Under the pieces are notes generated by a model. It searched no databases and was not told the origin of the DNA. It was given only the letters and a program-made list of their open reading frames with translations. From positions 1,568,001 through 1,632,000 of the forward strand of contig OZ240241.1 of NCBI GenBank assembly GCA_965198115.1: 64,000 nucleotides of DNA, read 5' to 3'. The position numbers and the translations under genes were made by a program. Positions within the stretch are counted from its first letter, which is position 1, and the number at the start of each line of letters is the position of its first letter. This DNA comes from Candidatus Latescibacterota bacterium (GTDB lineage: Bacteria; Latescibacterota; UBA2968). This document shows positions 61,466-64,000 of this stretch, in pieces.

Positions 61466-61483
61466 TTATTTATTCCGAACCCT

Positions 61484-61767
61484 AAGGGACCATAGATGCC
61501 TCCCTCGACGCTGTAGTCGGGGTCGAGAATCAGGCCAAACTGTCCAGGTGCGAGTGCGGCCGACCCGAGCGGGACGATCTCTTCGGTCGTGCGGCCCTCC
61601 CCCACGCTCCATCCCGTCAGCTCGACTGCGGCAGACCCTACGTTCTGGACTTCGATGTATTCATCCGCGATTTCACTCCCAGCAGGATCGAACATGATCT
61701 CTGTCAGTTTCACCGAACCCGAGGCCGACACAGAAGAGCCCAGGATGAACAGGAACAAACAGAGCAT
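61484..61767 (-). pseudogene. 5' remnant of a secreted lamin-tail-domain protein
   Basis: Signal peptide, then LTEIMFDPAG..DEYIEVQNVG..VELTGWSV..LAPGQF; cut at the ISAzo13 end. Confidence 0.8.
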
Positions 61768-63863
61768 CAGACCATACCCCGTCTGCGACGCCAAGCCCAT
61801 TCGGCGCAAAGTACGGCCGCCGCGAACCAGAACGGCCAGGTTCCACCCCACGCGTGCTTTCGCATCGAAACCCGGTAAGGCTGGGGTGACAGCACCACGG
61901 CGTCGAGCGCCGCCCCCACCTGCTCCTGATGCACCGTTTGGCCGCCCGAACCTGCCGAAAGGGCCGCCAGACGCGCCGGGTCCACACCCAGATTCTCGAA
62001 TTCCAGGCTGTAGCGACCGACGGTGAGTGTCCCCTGCTTACGCCCGAGCTCATCGTCAGCGCGGCGGGCAACCACGGAATAGGCGTGGCTGCCCTGCGGC
62101 AGGCCTCGCAATCGACCATCGTATCGACCGCCCCCGATCGAACGGAGCGTGGCGGTTCGGGCGCCATCTCCGTCGACCCGAACTTCTACACGGGCGCCGT
62201 CGACAGGCTGCAGCAATGCATCGAACAGCTGGGCGCGAAACTGGATCGGTTCCCCACTCCTGTAGAGCGTCCGATCGGTTTCGACACGGAGCCGGGAGAT
62301 GTCTTCACGCGTCGACAGCCAACGGACACCCGCTCGCCAGAACGAGGCTGGCGCTTCGCTCACGCGATCGTAGCCCAGGGACATCAGCCCGTGCCGCCAG
62401 AACGCCCGTCCAGCAAAAACCATCACTTTCCCTGCTGCGACGGGGGCGACAACCGCGATCGGCTCACGCGTCGAAGTCGTCTGGAGAAGGACTCGAGCGT
62501 CTGCACGTATCTGTCCGAGCCGATTCAGACCTCCCAGCGGCGGCAACGTTCGCCATTCGTCGGAATCAGGGGCCGAGTCACGTCCACCCCGTGCGACAGG
62601 GTGGCTCATCGCGTGCGTCGGAACCTCCACACCGAAGGACCGGGCTTCGTAGGGCCCGCTGCCTGTCGGCAACACCGACGCAAGATCTCCCGGCTCCTCG
62701 AGCACGGACGCTGGGCCGCCGACGACCAACAGCCCCCCACCCTTCCGGACGTACTCACCGAGAACCCCGCCGCGAAGGGGCAGACTCACGTCGTGCAGAA
62801 CGACGACGTCCCTCTCCTCTACGGCGGCCAGCGCCCGAGTCAGCGACGTCGGAAGGCCGTGTCGCACGACGGGAAGGAAGTCGACCGCAAAGTTCGAATC
62901 GGCCTCGATCGTTCTCCGCAAATAGGCCAGATCCGCCGAGGGAGGACCCACCATCAAGACCCGTAGACGTGCATCCAGGATGTTCGCCCGAACAACCACA
63001 CGGTTGTTCCGCAGCTCCCGCTCCTCCATCACTTCGGGCGCCCTGACCTCATACTCGACGAGGCCTGGTCGCTCGGGCGTCACCCCGAGCGACACGGCGT
63101 GGTCGCCCGTTTCGATGTCGACCATCTTCCGAGCCACAGGATTCCCGTCGACCCACACCTCGACGGCGTCTCGGGATTCGACAGCGCCGCTCGCACGAAG
63201 GATAACGTCCAGGTTCAGCGGCTGACCCACGTAACCCAGCGGCTCCGTTCCCCACCACGTAATGGAAAGATCGGTCGGAACGCCCTCCGCTCCGACGACG
63301 ACGGTGTGCACCGGCATACCCAGATCTCCCGCCACCGATTCTGGCGACACACCGAGGTTGTGTGCGCCGTCGCTGATCAACACCACGCCGACCAGACCTT
63401 CGTCTGCGGTCTCGCTCTCGACCGTCTGCAATGCGGTCGCCAGGTCCGTCCCCGGGCCGTCGAAGGCCAGCGTCTGGGGGTCTTCAATCTCCCGGGCATC
63501 CACGTCGAACGCAAACCACCGGATGCGAGCCCTTTCGCGCAGCCGATCCCACGCCGGAGCCTCCAGAATCGCGCGGACCGCCTCTGCCCGGGTCCGGTCT
63601 CCAGAGGCGATCTGTAAACTCTCAGAGTTGTCGATCAGCACCGTCACCAGAGGATGTCGTGTGGCCCCGTAGTTCAACGACAGAATCGGTTCGCCCAGCA
63701 GAATCAGCAAAAGCCCCACGACCGCCACCCGCGCCCACACAAGCAAACGGGCACCCTCCGGGCCCCACAGCCCTCGATACACGAGGAGCAACATCGCCAG
63801 CAGGCCCGCCAGGATCAGAGGCCAGTGCGTGAGATCCAGATCGACGTCGAACCCGTCGCTCAC
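61767..63863 (-). CDS. Membrane-anchored VWA-domain protein with Ig-like and GATase-like domains
   Basis: N-terminal TM segments, DNSES MIDAS, TDLA, LISDG, RNN, C-terminal EWAWRRRRG. Confidence 0.82.
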   Translation of the reverse strand: MSDGFDVDLDLTHWPLILAGLLAMLLLVYRGLWGPEGARLLVWARVAVVGLLLILLGEPILSLNYGATRHPLVTVLIDNSESLQIASGDRTRAEAVRAILEAPAWDRLRERARIRWFAFDVDAREIEDPQTLAFDGPGTDLATALQTVESETADEGLVGVVLISDGAHNLGVSPESVAGDLGMPVHTVVVGAEGVPTDLSITWWGTEPLGYVGQPLNLDVILRASGAVESRDAVEVWVDGNPVARKMVDIETGDHAVSLGVTPERPGLVEYEVRAPEVMEERELRNNRVVVRANILDARLRVLMVGPPSADLAYLRRTIEADSNFAVDFLPVVRHGLPTSLTRALAAVEERDVVVLHDVSLPLRGGVLGEYVRKGGGLLVVGGPASVLEEPGDLASVLPTGSGPYEARSFGVEVPTHAMSHPVARGGRDSAPDSDEWRTLPPLGGLNRLGQIRADARVLLQTTSTREPIAVVAPVAAGKVMVFAGRAFWRHGLMSLGYDRVSEAPASFWRAGVRWLSTREDISRLRVETDRTLYRSGEPIQFRAQLFDALLQPVDGARVEVRVDGDGARTATLRSIGGGRYDGRLRGLPQGSHAYSVVARRADDELGRKQGTLTVGRYSLEFENLGVDPARLAALSAGSGGQTVHQEQVGAALDAVVLSPQPYRVSMRKHAWGGTWPFWFAAAVLCAEWAWRRRRGMV

Positions 63864-64000
63864 AAAGGCACTCCCGCCTCGGTCCCAGGAAGCGGCATAC
63901 GTGGGTCCGCGTTGAGTGCAAGCCCAGCACGATCACCCGATTCGAGCCGGAAGGCGGCAGCCTCGGCGACCATCGCCGCGTTGTCCGTGCAGAGGTGGGG
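63860..64000 (-). CDS. tsaD: tRNA threonylcarbamoyltransferase TsaD, 3' end
   Basis: Manual translation PHLCTDNAAMVA; stop overlaps the next GTG. Confidence 0.85.
   Translation of the reverse strand, partial: PHLCTDNAAMVAEAAAFRLESGDRAGLALNADPRMPLPGTEAGVPL

Larger units (their letters stand above)
58766..61483 (+). mobile_element. ISAzo13-family element; right IR interrupted by ISL3 copy 2
   Basis: Left end AGGGTTTGCCACGAAATAA; reconstructed right end TTATTTATTCCGAACCCT; no matching TSD. Confidence 0.85.

Noticed and set aside
1-64000. CRISPR array, tRNA or rRNA
   Set aside because: No regularly spaced direct repeats, cloverleaf or rRNA-like segment was recognised by eye.

Overview
Bacterial chromosomal window, GC-rich and gene-dense. 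It is dominated by catabolic enzymes: five CxPxR sulfatases, two BNR/sialidase-like proteins, two PhyH dioxygenases, uronate isomerase, an enolase-superfamily dehydratase, a CE7 esterase, and Gfo/Idh/MocA and TIM-barrel enzymes. Housekeeping genes include purA, kbl, queF, a ychF-like gene and the 3' end of tsaD. This content resembles Latescibacterota/Poribacteria/Planctomycetota-type heterotrophs (inference only). The right end (55-61.5 kb) is an insertion hotspot: one ISL3 copy splits the CE7 esterase, and a four-level nest (IS630 > IS256 > ISAzo13 > ISL3) joins the halves of two different truncated genes. A Y1 transposase flanked by inverted REP-like units lies at 37 kb. Most interesting signals: (1) 23-30 nt micro-insertions carrying a CGAAGG motif in the loops of three unrelated palindromic repeats; (2) a tandem queF pair whose upstream copy lacks the catalytic Cys/Asp, like a split bimodular QueF; (3) a nitrile hydratase beta gene with no alpha gene beside it; (4) many short 7/8/9-mer tandem repeats at gene boundaries. 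About nine frameshifts in otherwise intact genes are most likely assembly indels. No rRNA, tRNA or CRISPR array was recognised. Family assignments come from motif recognition, not from database searches.
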